Below are positions 30,882 to 40,469 of a stretch of 61,967 bases of DNA, in pieces. Every line of letters begins with the position of its first letter. Position 1 is the first letter of the stretch. The DNA comes from an uncultured virus (IMG/VR IMGVR_UViG_3300023174_000076) (lineage: Duplodnaviria > Heunggongvirae > Uroviricota > Caudoviricetes): the IMG/VR virus record IMGVR_UViG_3300023174_000076; one strand, given 5' to 3'. The notes beneath the pieces are model-generated. The model saw only the letters and a program-made list of their open reading frames with translations, did not search any database and had not been told where the DNA came from. A program made the position numbers and the translations under genes.

Positions 30882-32483
30882 ATGCTCTTTAATCAAATAA
30901 AATTAGGCTATCCATCTTTATGGATTAAATCAACAGAGTTTGATAGATTAATTAATTCAATTGTTCAATATAATTTTAGAGAGTATTTTACAATTGATAC
31001 TGAGAAAGGATTTTCTCAGTACATTGATGGATCTTGGAAACCAGTTCTTGTAGACATTCCAGATCCAGAACAGGGTGGGACTATATTAACTACCCCATTT
31101 GATTTGTCTTTGTGTTACGAATATATTAATAAATATATTGAATCTTCTAATAAACAAGTTAGTCTTATTATTAAAGTTTTTGGCAAGCCTGAATCAATAA
31201 TGAATTATGTTCCTTTAATATCATCTCTCCAATCCAAGCACCGTAATATGTTTTGGAGTGATGAAATTGCAAGCTATCCTCAAATTATATTTTTATCTTC
31301 TTTTGATGTTCCAGAAGATTATTCTTATTTATTTAAATCTTCTAATTTTGCATTTCCAAACGCGCAAGAATTATACCAAATCATTGATCATATTAATGTT
31401 TCTTCTGAAGGCAAGTTTGTTGCTCAAGATTCTATTAAAGAAGTAGTTAGATCTGGTTTAGGTCTTAATGAATCTGAATTTATAGATTATTGCTTACAGT
31501 CTGTAGTCGAAAATGGAACTGTTGATCCTAAATATATTTATGATAATAAAATGCGTTCCATTAAACAGCATGGCATTCTTGAAATTATTAAGCCAACAAT
31601 GTCTTTTGATAACATTGGTGGTTTAGATAATATTAAAGACATAATTAGAAGAACTGCTTTTCTACGCGCAAATAAAGATCAAGCTGATAAGTTTGGGGTA
31701 GTTCCAATTCGCAGAGTATTGATGGTGGGTATACCTGGTACTGGTAAATCTGCTATTTGTCAAGCTACTGCTAACGAGCTTCAACTTGACCTTGCTAGAA
31801 CTGGTATAAGCCAAGTAATGAATTCTTTTGTTGGTCAATCAGAAGCTAATATGCGTGCAGTATTTAATCAGATTAAAGCAATGAATCCTCTTTGTGTTTG
31901 GATTGACGAGTTTGGTCGCGACCTTTCTGGTGGTGCTTCTTCTGCTTCTGTCGACGCCGGCACTACAGACAGAGTTCATGGTGAGTTTTTGACTGGTCTT
32001 CAAGAGTTGCCAGAAGAAACATTTTTGATGTGTGCTGCCAATCAATTGGATAATCTTCGTCCAGAAATGTTACGCGCAGATAGATTTGATAAGATTATAT
32101 TTGTTGGTATGCCTTCGCTTAATGAGAGATTAGATATTCTCAAAATTTATCTTAAAGAGATCAACACTGATCACGAATTTGATTATTATGCTCTTGCAGA
32201 ATCAACTGAATATTTTACTGGTGCAGAAATTTCTTCTTTAATTCGAGAAGTAAAATTCTTTGTTGTTTCTCAAGATTTTAGACCTATTAATACTCAAGAT
32301 ATTATATCTTATGTTCCAAAAATTAGAAATACAATTTGGAACAAACACAGAGACATGGTTCAGTCTATGTATCAGTTCGCTCTCGAACAATGGGACTGGG
32401 CCTCGACAGAACAATATAATGATGCTAATATGATTATATCTGGCAGATCTTCGGTATCCCCTGAAGTATCTTGGAAAATATAG
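30882..32483 (+). CDS. AAA+ ATPase (classical clade, Ycf46/Cdc48-like architecture)
   Basis: FDNIGGLD, Walker A GIPGTGKS, pore loop FVG, Walker B WIDE, SRH LRADRFD, FTGAEI. Confidence 0.9.
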   Translation: MLFNQIKLGYPSLWIKSTEFDRLINSIVQYNFREYFTIDTEKGFSQYIDGSWKPVLVDIPDPEQGGTILTTPFDLSLCYEYINKYIESSNKQVSLIIKVFGKPESIMNYVPLISSLQSKHRNMFWSDEIASYPQIIFLSSFDVPEDYSYLFKSSNFAFPNAQELYQIIDHINVSSEGKFVAQDSIKEVVRSGLGLNESEFIDYCLQSVVENGTVDPKYIYDNKMRSIKQHGILEIIKPTMSFDNIGGLDNIKDIIRRTAFLRANKDQADKFGVVPIRRVLMVGIPGTGKSAICQATANELQLDLARTGISQVMNSFVGQSEANMRAVFNQIKAMNPLCVWIDEFGRDLSGGASSASVDAGTTDRVHGEFLTGLQELPEETFLMCAANQLDNLRPEMLRADRFDKIIFVGMPSLNERLDILKIYLKEINTDHEFDYYALAESTEYFTGAEISSLIREVKFFVVSQDFRPINTQDIISYVPKIRNTIWNKHRDMVQSMYQFALEQWDWASTEQYNDANMIISGRSSVSPEVSWKI

Positions 32484-32491
32484 GAGTTAAA

Positions 32492-33112
32492 ATGGATTTT
32501 GAAAACATCGATGAGTTTATAGAAACGGTTGAACAACCAACTGTAACAGATACTCTACAAAAAGAATACGATAAAGACCTTTATAAAAAATGGTTTCGTT
32601 CTAAAACTCAGAGTGGATTTTTGTCCATTAAGCCTTGGTATCAGGGTTTAAAATTTAAAGTTGATATTGGCAAAACTTCTATTGATGGCAAATTATTGTC
32701 TAGCACAATGGTTTATTTAGACGCTATAGATTTTTCTGCTTATCTTAATTCTGTTGCTAATGGCACTGGTAAATTAAATTATATTCAGAATGATAAAAGT
32801 GGTGTACCAACAACTGAAGGATTTGTATCTTACGGTGGTGGCATCATAGAATCAAAGCCTATATCAAGAATATTTAAATCTCATTATTGGCAGAATTCAG
32901 ACCAGTCTTATGATGATTCTGCTTTTGTATGGAAGTGCGGTCATTTTGCTGCTCGAAAAACTGAATCAGGAGCTTTTATACCAGACATGAAAACATCCCT
33001 GTCTGTAGATAGTATCAAAGTTACAAGAGCTGAACTATGCAGCATTGCAAATATTATTAACCTATCTTTAATATCTCATGTTACCAATAAGTCTGATTGG
33101 TACGCAGTATGA
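32492..33112 (+). CDS. Hypothetical protein
   Basis: ATG after AGGAG. Confidence 0.6.
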   Translation: MDFENIDEFIETVEQPTVTDTLQKEYDKDLYKKWFRSKTQSGFLSIKPWYQGLKFKVDIGKTSIDGKLLSSTMVYLDAIDFSAYLNSVANGTGKLNYIQNDKSGVPTTEGFVSYGGGIIESKPISRIFKSHYWQNSDQSYDDSAFVWKCGHFAARKTESGAFIPDMKTSLSVDSIKVTRAELCSIANIINLSLISHVTNKSDWYAV

Positions 33113-33477
33113 TTTACGATAACGATAATGATACTCTCCAGGCTACTTTAAACACTATGCTTGATGCTTTAAATAAAACTGTTCAAAATTCTTTTTCTGA
33201 TTTAGACAATCGTATTGAATCTTTAGAAAAACAAATGGCTACTTTAGTATTGGCTTACGGCGAGCAAGCTGTTTTTATGGAAGCTTTAATTTCTCAAATT
33301 TCTTTTGCTTCTGAACAGGCTCAAAAGTCTTTTCATGAGACTCTTAAAGAAGCTAGAAAGTCTATGTTAGAGGTGATGAAAGATGGAGCAGAAAATCTTG
33401 TGGCCCCAAGCGATCCAGTCCTTGGACAAGCCATTGTCAATATGGCTTCTGAAAAGTTATCTGACATTAATAAATGA
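33109..33477 (+). CDS. Coiled-coil hypothetical protein
   Basis: ATGA overlap; heptad pattern. Confidence 0.55.
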   Translation: MIYDNDNDTLQATLNTMLDALNKTVQNSFSDLDNRIESLEKQMATLVLAYGEQAVFMEALISQISFASEQAQKSFHETLKEARKSMLEVMKDGAENLVAPSDPVLGQAIVNMASEKLSDINK

Positions 33478-33667
33478 TAACGAATGTGCTCTGTTTGTTG
33501 ACAAGCAAAATTACGAGTTACTGAATAGTTTCGAGTATTTATCTAAAATATATGGGTGTGCTAAACAAGTTTACCCTTCTTTTAAATCAATGCATTTTAT
33601 TAATTCAAACTTTTTAGAACATCTTAGATCAAATAAAATAGAACTATATTCAATAGAGGTCCTTTAA
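33383..33667 (+). CDS. Hypothetical protein (start uncertain)
   Basis: Fills the gap, TAATG coupling to the next gene. Confidence 0.4.
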   Translation: MEQKILWPQAIQSLDKPLSIWLLKSYLTLINDNECALFVDKQNYELLNSFEYLSKIYGCAKQVYPSFKSMHFINSNFLEHLRSNKIELYSIEVL

Positions 33668-34389
33668 TGTCAATTATATCTTCTCCAATATCTAAAGCTG
33701 ATTTTAATGAATTGTACACTCAACGGATAAAAAATTATAATCAGTTATTAAAGCTTAATCCTGTTACATATTTTGCTGCTTCTGTAGGGTCTCATTCCTA
33801 TCTTAGGATGCTTGTTTCTGGACAAGCACAGGATCATGTTCCGGAAACTCTTAGACAATCAGAAATTGAAGTTATTTTAAATCATATAGATAAAGGTAGA
33901 ACTGTTACTCCATTAGCTATTGAAAAGATTATAAATGAATATCCCCATGTACAGGTTGATCATTCTGGCCAATATGTATTTCCTGGAGATATAGAAGAAT
34001 TTTCTTCGACATTTTTCCCCGGTATGCTTCCATCTATAAATAAAGTTATTATTGAACATTTGTTATTTAATAAAGTTATAAACGTTTTTGGTTCTTCAGC
34101 AAAACGATTTTTATTACTTAAAAATTACGATATTTCTGATATATCAATTACCGTAATTCAAAATAAAATAAATTCATGTTCTTATGATAAACAAAGCTAT
34201 GATAATTATTCTAATGTTCTAGAAAAGTATATCGCTACCATTGATGAATCATTAAAGAATTATCAGGTCGATCAACAGTATTTACTTGATATAGTTGATC
34301 GTTTATCTAAACGTGTTTTTGAACTGGAAACTGCTTTGGAAACTCAACAAAAAGAAGGTGTCAGTGGATATCTTCTCAGTTGGCATTAA
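33667..34389 (+). CDS. Hypothetical protein with a C-terminal coiled coil
   Basis: GAGG RBS, 240 aa. Confidence 0.55.
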   Translation: MSIISSPISKADFNELYTQRIKNYNQLLKLNPVTYFAASVGSHSYLRMLVSGQAQDHVPETLRQSEIEVILNHIDKGRTVTPLAIEKIINEYPHVQVDHSGQYVFPGDIEEFSSTFFPGMLPSINKVIIEHLLFNKVINVFGSSAKRFLLLKNYDISDISITVIQNKINSCSYDKQSYDNYSNVLEKYIATIDESLKNYQVDQQYLLDIVDRLSKRVFELETALETQQKEGVSGYLLSWH

Positions 34390-34412
34390 ATTGAAAGGTA
34401 TTTATAAAAACT

Positions 34413-35660
34413 ATGGATTCATTTACTAATAAAGAATATTATCAAAAAATACTTCAGTATTTTTATTCTAAAAAAACTGCTCAATATCAATTAATCCCAT
34501 CGGAAAAAATAAACACAAAGGTATGTCAATTAAGTGTTTCTTTGCCCAATATTCCACCGTTTACATATGGTGTCATGCTTAACGGCAGAGAGAATTTATC
34601 AGATAACCACATTGTTATTTGGGATGTTTTTAATACTGGTGAGTTTTATGTCAGCGATGAAGTTTACAATGCTGTAACTCACTTTAAGGGATTATTTCCT
34701 GTATTTTATATTCATAATCTTAGTGATCAAAATACTGGTGTTTTTAATCCAAGCTTAGGAAATTCTTCTGCTGATTCACCAATTGCTCAAAATATAGGAG
34801 AAAAAACTTTTATATATTATAGATATAAAGATAATAATTATGATGGTTGGGCTTTTACCTGGACTTCATTGTTCAGTAATGAACCAATAGATCCTACAGA
34901 TTTTTCAGATAGTGATGAAAACAATTCTCAACTTGAAATTCCATTTGAAGTTGATAGCAATATAGACGTTAACAATGTCAGCAACGATATCTTAGCTAAT
35001 CTTTTCTCTGCGCTTTCAACTAACCAAAGTGCTTCTATGACAAATGAAAAGATTACTAAATTAATTAAAACTATCAAAATTGGCAAACAAGCTAAAAATC
35101 TTTTGTCTCAAATAGATGAACTTTCTTCTGATTCTAAGAGTTCATCTTCTTGTATTTGTTCTAATTTTACTTGTGTATCAAAATCTTCTTCTATAAATAT
35201 AGTTTCAAAAGATCATGCTTTTGCTAATGCACCAGAGGGGTTTAGTTATTGTTCACACAAAGATGCAGAAAAATCCTTTAACGGAACTGTTGCAGTTTGT
35301 GCTTGGCCCACTGGTAGCCAGCCTAGATGTTCTTTGTATAGTCCAAAAACTGAATTAGTTGAAAGAAGAAATTCTTTAGATACTTTTGGGAATATTTTAT
35401 ATGATTTTGAAGTTTCATTAAATACATTATCTAATTTTGATAATGTTATTTCTATTAAAAATATGATTAACAATGAAGTTGTTAATACAATTACTTACCC
35501 AGCCAATGCTAAAAAAGAAGATGTAATAGCTGAATCTATTCGTGTTCTTGAAGATTTAGTTTTAGCTTGGACAGATCTTCCTCAAGAAAATAAAAATATT
35601 ATTTTTCCACAAGTTGAGTCTAAACCAAAGAAAGAAAGTTATATACTTTCATTGGCATAA
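34413..35660 (+). CDS. Hypothetical protein with a central Cys/His cluster
   Basis: CICSNFTC...YCSH...VCAW...RC; GAAAGG RBS. Confidence 0.55.
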   Translation: MDSFTNKEYYQKILQYFYSKKTAQYQLIPSEKINTKVCQLSVSLPNIPPFTYGVMLNGRENLSDNHIVIWDVFNTGEFYVSDEVYNAVTHFKGLFPVFYIHNLSDQNTGVFNPSLGNSSADSPIAQNIGEKTFIYYRYKDNNYDGWAFTWTSLFSNEPIDPTDFSDSDENNSQLEIPFEVDSNIDVNNVSNDILANLFSALSTNQSASMTNEKITKLIKTIKIGKQAKNLLSQIDELSSDSKSSSSCICSNFTCVSKSSSINIVSKDHAFANAPEGFSYCSHKDAEKSFNGTVAVCAWPTGSQPRCSLYSPKTELVERRNSLDTFGNILYDFEVSLNTLSNFDNVISIKNMINNEVVNTITYPANAKKEDVIAESIRVLEDLVLAWTDLPQENKNIIFPQVESKPKKESYILSLA

Positions 35661-35672
35661 GAAAGGTTTAAT

Positions 35673-37190
35673 ATGATAAATATCTTAAATTACGATAGTC
35701 AGTATACTGAATTGGTTACTCTTAATTTTACTAAATATTCTGAAGATTATTGTTACGTAAAAGATTCATATTACCATAATACAAGAAGTATTCTTCCTTC
35801 TATTTTTAATCTTTTTATAGATGCTAGTTATCAAGTTCCAACTCGTTATATAGATCACGACAGGTCTATGAAAAGTACAATTGTTAATCCGAATAGTTTG
35901 TATCCTATTGCTGTTCGGTATGTAACTACAGATAATGTTTACGTAATTGAACGACCTCCTTTTAAGCTATCTGTTGATTTTAAAAATTCTCGAGCTGCTC
36001 ATAATTCTCCAAAAGTAGAACCTGTTGAAATTTGGATTCCTTGGACTGTAATGGTTCTTCCTTGGAATCAAGTAGTTAATGGTGATCCTAGCAATTTAAG
36101 ACTTTATTTTAATGATGGTCCAATACAATCCTTAGATGATTGTGTAGTAGCACCTTATCTTCCTAATTCTTATTCAGATGGAAGAATATGCTGGTCTCAT
36201 TCTTATAATCAGCTCTTAACTCAGCTTAATGTTTCTGAGCCAAACACTGTAGATGTTAATTATTTATATTCTTCTATACTTAATGATTATTTAATGGGTG
36301 GATGGAACACGGATCTAAATTTTCATTATCGTTATCTTCAGTATAGAGATTCTCACACATTTAATGCACAACTTGCATCTAATGAGTATCCAATGATTTC
36401 TTTATTTGTTGATACATTAAAAACAAATTTAGATTTTTCAAATAAAGTTAGGTCAATTCTTGAAGGTAAGTTTGGATTAACTAAACGCAGAAGTCTTTCT
36501 TGTGTTGATGGTTCTGTAATAAAAGATAAAAATAATGTTCCTTCTTCTAAGGATATATACCTTAAATTATTTGCTTTTATGTCTGCAGCGTCTCTTTCTG
36601 ATACTCTTGCTTTTGTTTCTGAACTAAAAACTATTTCACATTCTTCAAAAAGTATTTATAATAAAAAAAATACTATTTTAGAAATATCTTCCGTTAATCA
36701 AAATGGACACAATAATGATGATAGCATTACTTTATTAGCTTCTACATCCCCGATTAGAAGTGCCGCTGTTAATAATTCTATAGATCCAGAATTGCGAACA
36801 ATGAATGCTATCGTAGTTTATGCTAAGGATTATACTCCTGAAGAATCTGGATTTGTATCTTATGCTTCAAGAAGAGGTGATAATCTTGAGGCTATTTTAA
36901 GTGCGGATTTTGCATCGGAAAGTGATTTGCATGAGCTTATATATTTGTCAATGTATAAATTATGTAAACATAGATATAGTTATGAAACACAAGATGAGCA
37001 TAAGCCTTTTGTTGTTGTCATAAATGGTAACACTGGGACATTATCTATATATGATATTGATTATTTAGATGTTTTATTTTCTCAAGTATCCAGTAGAATA
37101 AAAGAATCTATGTCTAAAAACACTCATTTGAAATCTAATATTCGTGTATCAACCTATGTTGAACAGCATCTAAAGGAGCAAAATGCTTGA
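35673..37190 (+). CDS. Second prokaryotic E2-like protein
   Basis: IERPP...IWIPW...APYLPNSYSDGRICW...GWNTDL. Confidence 0.62.
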   Translation: MINILNYDSQYTELVTLNFTKYSEDYCYVKDSYYHNTRSILPSIFNLFIDASYQVPTRYIDHDRSMKSTIVNPNSLYPIAVRYVTTDNVYVIERPPFKLSVDFKNSRAAHNSPKVEPVEIWIPWTVMVLPWNQVVNGDPSNLRLYFNDGPIQSLDDCVVAPYLPNSYSDGRICWSHSYNQLLTQLNVSEPNTVDVNYLYSSILNDYLMGGWNTDLNFHYRYLQYRDSHTFNAQLASNEYPMISLFVDTLKTNLDFSNKVRSILEGKFGLTKRRSLSCVDGSVIKDKNNVPSSKDIYLKLFAFMSAASLSDTLAFVSELKTISHSSKSIYNKKNTILEISSVNQNGHNNDDSITLLASTSPIRSAAVNNSIDPELRTMNAIVVYAKDYTPEESGFVSYASRRGDNLEAILSADFASESDLHELIYLSMYKLCKHRYSYETQDEHKPFVVVINGNTGTLSIYDIDYLDVLFSQVSSRIKESMSKNTHLKSNIRVSTYVEQHLKEQNA

Positions 37191-38310
37191 TACAATCAGT
37201 GTTGTAACTGTTAATTCCCCTTATAATTCAATATATTCTGTTGCTAAAGTTGTTACTCAATATGGCAGTGAGTATGTTTTGAATCAAGAGCAGACAAGAG
37301 ATTATTTACTTAATCATTATTCTTTGGGATATACTACTTTTTCTTCTCATTCTAAACCTACTGGCCTTATGCCTCCTGGTGTAAAGGCTATTTTCCCTAA
37401 TGTAGTTGTTTTTGAGCGTCCGCCAACTTATCAGAATGTATTCTATATTGCAGATACAGTATCTGAACGAATGTCTGAAGAACAACATGTTTATAGAGTT
37501 GCTCTTCCTTGGCAGCTTTATGTTGCTGTTTATAATTCTGATTTTTATTTAACTAATGTTTATATGTATTTTATGGATGCGCCTCTTACTTCTATACAGC
37601 AGAATATTTATGCTCCAAACATTCCCAATTTCTTTGCAAATGGATTATTGTGTAGGCCTAATTTTTCAACAATGGATGAAGTAGAAAGATATTCAAAAGA
37701 TGTTTCTGGTATTATTCATTCTACTTTTGATTGGGTTTGGAATAACGGAACCAATCACGATTTAACTGAATCAATGGTTCTACTTCCGAAATATACTAAA
37801 GATCTTTCTACTACAGTAATCGGTGGCTTACCTATATCTGGTCATTATTTTGATAAAAGCTACTGCAATGGTTATAAGCTTTCTGTAGCACAGGTTCAAA
37901 CAGCTTTTGCTTCTTGGGAAAAAATTGAAATTAAAGATATTTTAAATTATAAATGGGTTTCTCCATCTACCCAACTTCATGATGTCAACAGTGATAATTA
38001 TATGTCTTCTATTCAAGAGTCTGCTCCTTATTCTGATAATGTTTATAGTTGGTTATCTGACCATTATTCCGATGAAGATGAAGACGATATTATTAATAGA
38101 ATGGATAATGGAGAATATGATATAGCTGAATATATTTCTTATCTTATAGATAATAATTATGTTTCTCCTCCATTTAATAAAAGAGCTGATTTTTCTTATG
38201 AGCAAATGTTAAATGCTATTTTTTCAGAAAACAATACTTTAAGAAGAAAAACAGTAAATATTTTGTCTGATATTAAAAAAATAACTGAAATACTCCAACC
38301 TGTTTCTTGA
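37183..38310 (+). CDS. Third prokaryotic E2-like protein
   Basis: FERPP...VALPW...APNIPNFFANGLLCR...GTNHDL; clear paralogue of 35673-37190. Confidence 0.62.
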   Translation: MLDTISVVTVNSPYNSIYSVAKVVTQYGSEYVLNQEQTRDYLLNHYSLGYTTFSSHSKPTGLMPPGVKAIFPNVVVFERPPTYQNVFYIADTVSERMSEEQHVYRVALPWQLYVAVYNSDFYLTNVYMYFMDAPLTSIQQNIYAPNIPNFFANGLLCRPNFSTMDEVERYSKDVSGIIHSTFDWVWNNGTNHDLTESMVLLPKYTKDLSTTVIGGLPISGHYFDKSYCNGYKLSVAQVQTAFASWEKIEIKDILNYKWVSPSTQLHDVNSDNYMSSIQESAPYSDNVYSWLSDHYSDEDEDDIINRMDNGEYDIAEYISYLIDNNYVSPPFNKRADFSYEQMLNAIFSENNTLRRKTVNILSDIKKITEILQPVS

Positions 38311-38335
38311 CACATTTTTCTTTTAATGCTACTAT
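38307..38335 (+). promoter_or_regulatory. Consensus sigma-70/SigA promoter
   Basis: TTGACA-N17-TACTAT with extended TG. Confidence 0.7.
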
Positions 38336-38370
38336 ATATAGATATATAAACTTAAATAAAGGTAGATAAA

Positions 38371-38665
38371 ATGGTCAAAAATGCTATTACCGAGCCAATA
38401 TTTAATAGGTCCGAAGTTGCTCAAATTCTTAATGTTTCTACTTTGACCGTTTCTAATAGGGAGAAAAATCGGTAAGTATCCTCAAGCTAAAAGAGATTTA
38501 AATAATTATAGAGTATATACTCTAAATGATTTATTTAATCTTCAATTAATTACATATAGTCATGTAGATCCCAAGCCTATTATATCTATATTGTATGACA
38601 AAGGATATCAAAATATAAAAGTCTTGGGTCAAATGATTGATGATATCTTATCAAAGAGGGTGTGA
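38371..38665 (+). pseudogene. MerR-type HTH protein interrupted by a 1-nt frameshift
   Basis: MVKNAITEPIFNRSEVAQILNVSTLTVSNREK continues in the +1 frame as GKYPQAKRDLNNYRVYTLNDL...; A5 run at 38464-38468. Confidence 0.7.
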
Positions 38666-38910
38666 TGGACAAAGAACGTTCTAATTCAGAGTCATACAGT
38701 TTAGTAGATGAAGTCCCCGAAGAAATATCGACTGATGTTATAACCGACCTTAAATCAGGTATTTATAATTTATTTATATCATTATACAGTCACCTCGTAA
38801 TTGATTTTGGTGTTGACGAAGCAGTCAATCAATCAACTGCTTTTATCGACGACATATCACTAAACTTTAAACAAATAACCAATAAAAACACAGAAAGCCA
38901 AACAACATGA
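38665..38910 (+). CDS. Hypothetical protein
   Basis: TGATG coupling with the HTH gene. Confidence 0.5.
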   Translation: MDKERSNSESYSLVDEVPEEISTDVITDLKSGIYNLFISLYSHLVIDFGVDEAVNQSTAFIDDISLNFKQITNKNTESQTT

Positions 38911-39350
38911 TAGATCCAAAAAACATAATAAATATTACCGGTGGAGTCGTTGCTGATCCAGAACTAGTAAACGATGGAAAGATTGCTAACTTTACCCTTG
39001 CAGTTGACTACGCTGGTTCAGAAAAAGGCTCTGATAACAACACAGGTTATTTTGATATAGTTTACTACCTCAAGGATGGAAGTGCTTTTGCTAGCAAAAA
39101 TGCATCTTTTATTCATAACCAAATTTCTGAGTCTAAAATCAAAAAAGGTGCTAGACTTTCAATTGTTGGTCGCGTAGTCCAGCAACGTTGGAAACAAGAT
39201 GACAAAACTAGAACTAAAATAGTTATCATTGCAGAGCACATTGCTTACGCAGTTACATCTGGCGCAAAGCCAGCAAATGGTTCGACCACTTCTTCAGATG
39301 CAAAAGAAACAACTTCTGCTTCAGCTGCTTCGGTTCCAGATAGCTTTTAA
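38907..39350 (+). CDS. ssb: Single-stranded DNA-binding protein
   Basis: NIINITGGVVADPEL, FTLAV, KKGARLSIVGR; low-complexity tail ending PDSF. Confidence 0.88.
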   Translation: MIDPKNIINITGGVVADPELVNDGKIANFTLAVDYAGSEKGSDNNTGYFDIVYYLKDGSAFASKNASFIHNQISESKIKKGARLSIVGRVVQQRWKQDDKTRTKIVIIAEHIAYAVTSGAKPANGSTTSSDAKETTSASAASVPDSF

Positions 39351-40084
39351 TGGAAGAAGAATTTGACGAAGCGTATTTAGCTTCTTTAATTGAAGAAGCT
39401 TTAGGCGATAAAGGCAATAACCAAATGCATCCGTCTTCTGGCATGCATCTTGGTTTTGCCGAGTCGAATTTGATGTCTTTGGTTTATGATAAATTAACTA
39501 AGTATTTTCCTGAGTCTAATTTAAATTCTTTTTTTCAAGATTTTAGATCTGATTTAACATCAAGAAAAGTTTCTTTGTCTATCAAAGAATTGCATACTAT
39601 AACCAAAAATTGCAAGAAGTGTTCTTTACTTTCGGCTGCAGAGCTTCCAAAATGGAATGTTGTAGATCCTGATGTTTTAATAATATTAGAATCTCCAAAT
39701 ATACAATCTGATGCTGTAGATCTCTTGGTTAAAAAAATAAAATCAATTGGATTTACGTCTTCACAGATGTGTTTGACCTATGTCAATAGGTGCCCAAAAT
39801 ATGGTAAGTATGAAAATAAAGAAATAATTAATTGTTCTCCTTATTTGCATAACGAAATACAATTACTTAATCCCAAAGTCATTGTACCAATGGGTTCTTT
39901 AGTTACATCTGTTTTATTAAATTCAGACATAAAAATTAAGGACTATCGTGGTAATTTAGTTTGGCTAGGACATTGGCCTATAATACCAACGTATTCTCCT
40001 TCATATGCTTTGCGTTCTGGTTCAACCGCGCTGCAGAGTTTTGAAAATGATTTATCTTATGTTTATAAATTTATAAATACATGA
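39350..40084 (+). CDS. Uracil-DNA glycosylase family 4-like protein (divergent)
   Basis: CKKCSL Fe-S motif, TYVNRCP, CSPYL..EI.L.NPKVIV.MG, PTYSPSY. Confidence 0.75.
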   Translation: MEEEFDEAYLASLIEEALGDKGNNQMHPSSGMHLGFAESNLMSLVYDKLTKYFPESNLNSFFQDFRSDLTSRKVSLSIKELHTITKNCKKCSLLSAAELPKWNVVDPDVLIILESPNIQSDAVDLLVKKIKSIGFTSSQMCLTYVNRCPKYGKYENKEIINCSPYLHNEIQLLNPKVIVPMGSLVTSVLLNSDIKIKDYRGNLVWLGHWPIIPTYSPSYALRSGSTALQSFENDLSYVYKFINT

Positions 40085-40094
40085 CAGGAAAAAT

Positions 40095-40469
40095 ATGACA
40101 TTACATACTATCTACAATAGAAATGAATTATCTGCATTTGAAGCTTTAGTCACTAAAGATGTTAAATCTCAAATATCTGATTCAGAGATGGATACACTTG
40201 TTCTAAACATCGATAAGTGGTTATATTGTTTATATGTAATGAAGAGAGATGTGGAATATTATCTTTCTTCTAGAGTTTCTACCAGAAAAATTTCTACACA
40301 ACAAATGAAAGATAGATCTGCTCCCCAAGAGGAGTTGACTACTTTTCTTGCTTCTGAATCTCTTTGGAAAGTTAATACTTTAAAGTTTTTAAATTCTTTA
40401 GAAAAGAAGATTTTGTTTGTTAAATTTTTATCTAAAGAATTATCTAATTCCAAAACATTAGAAGCTTAA
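40095..40469 (+). CDS. Hypothetical protein
   Basis: AGGA RBS. Confidence 0.55.
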   Translation: MTLHTIYNRNELSAFEALVTKDVKSQISDSEMDTLVLNIDKWLYCLYVMKRDVEYYLSSRVSTRKISTQQMKDRSAPQEELTTFLASESLWKVNTLKFLNSLEKKILFVKFLSKELSNSKTLEA

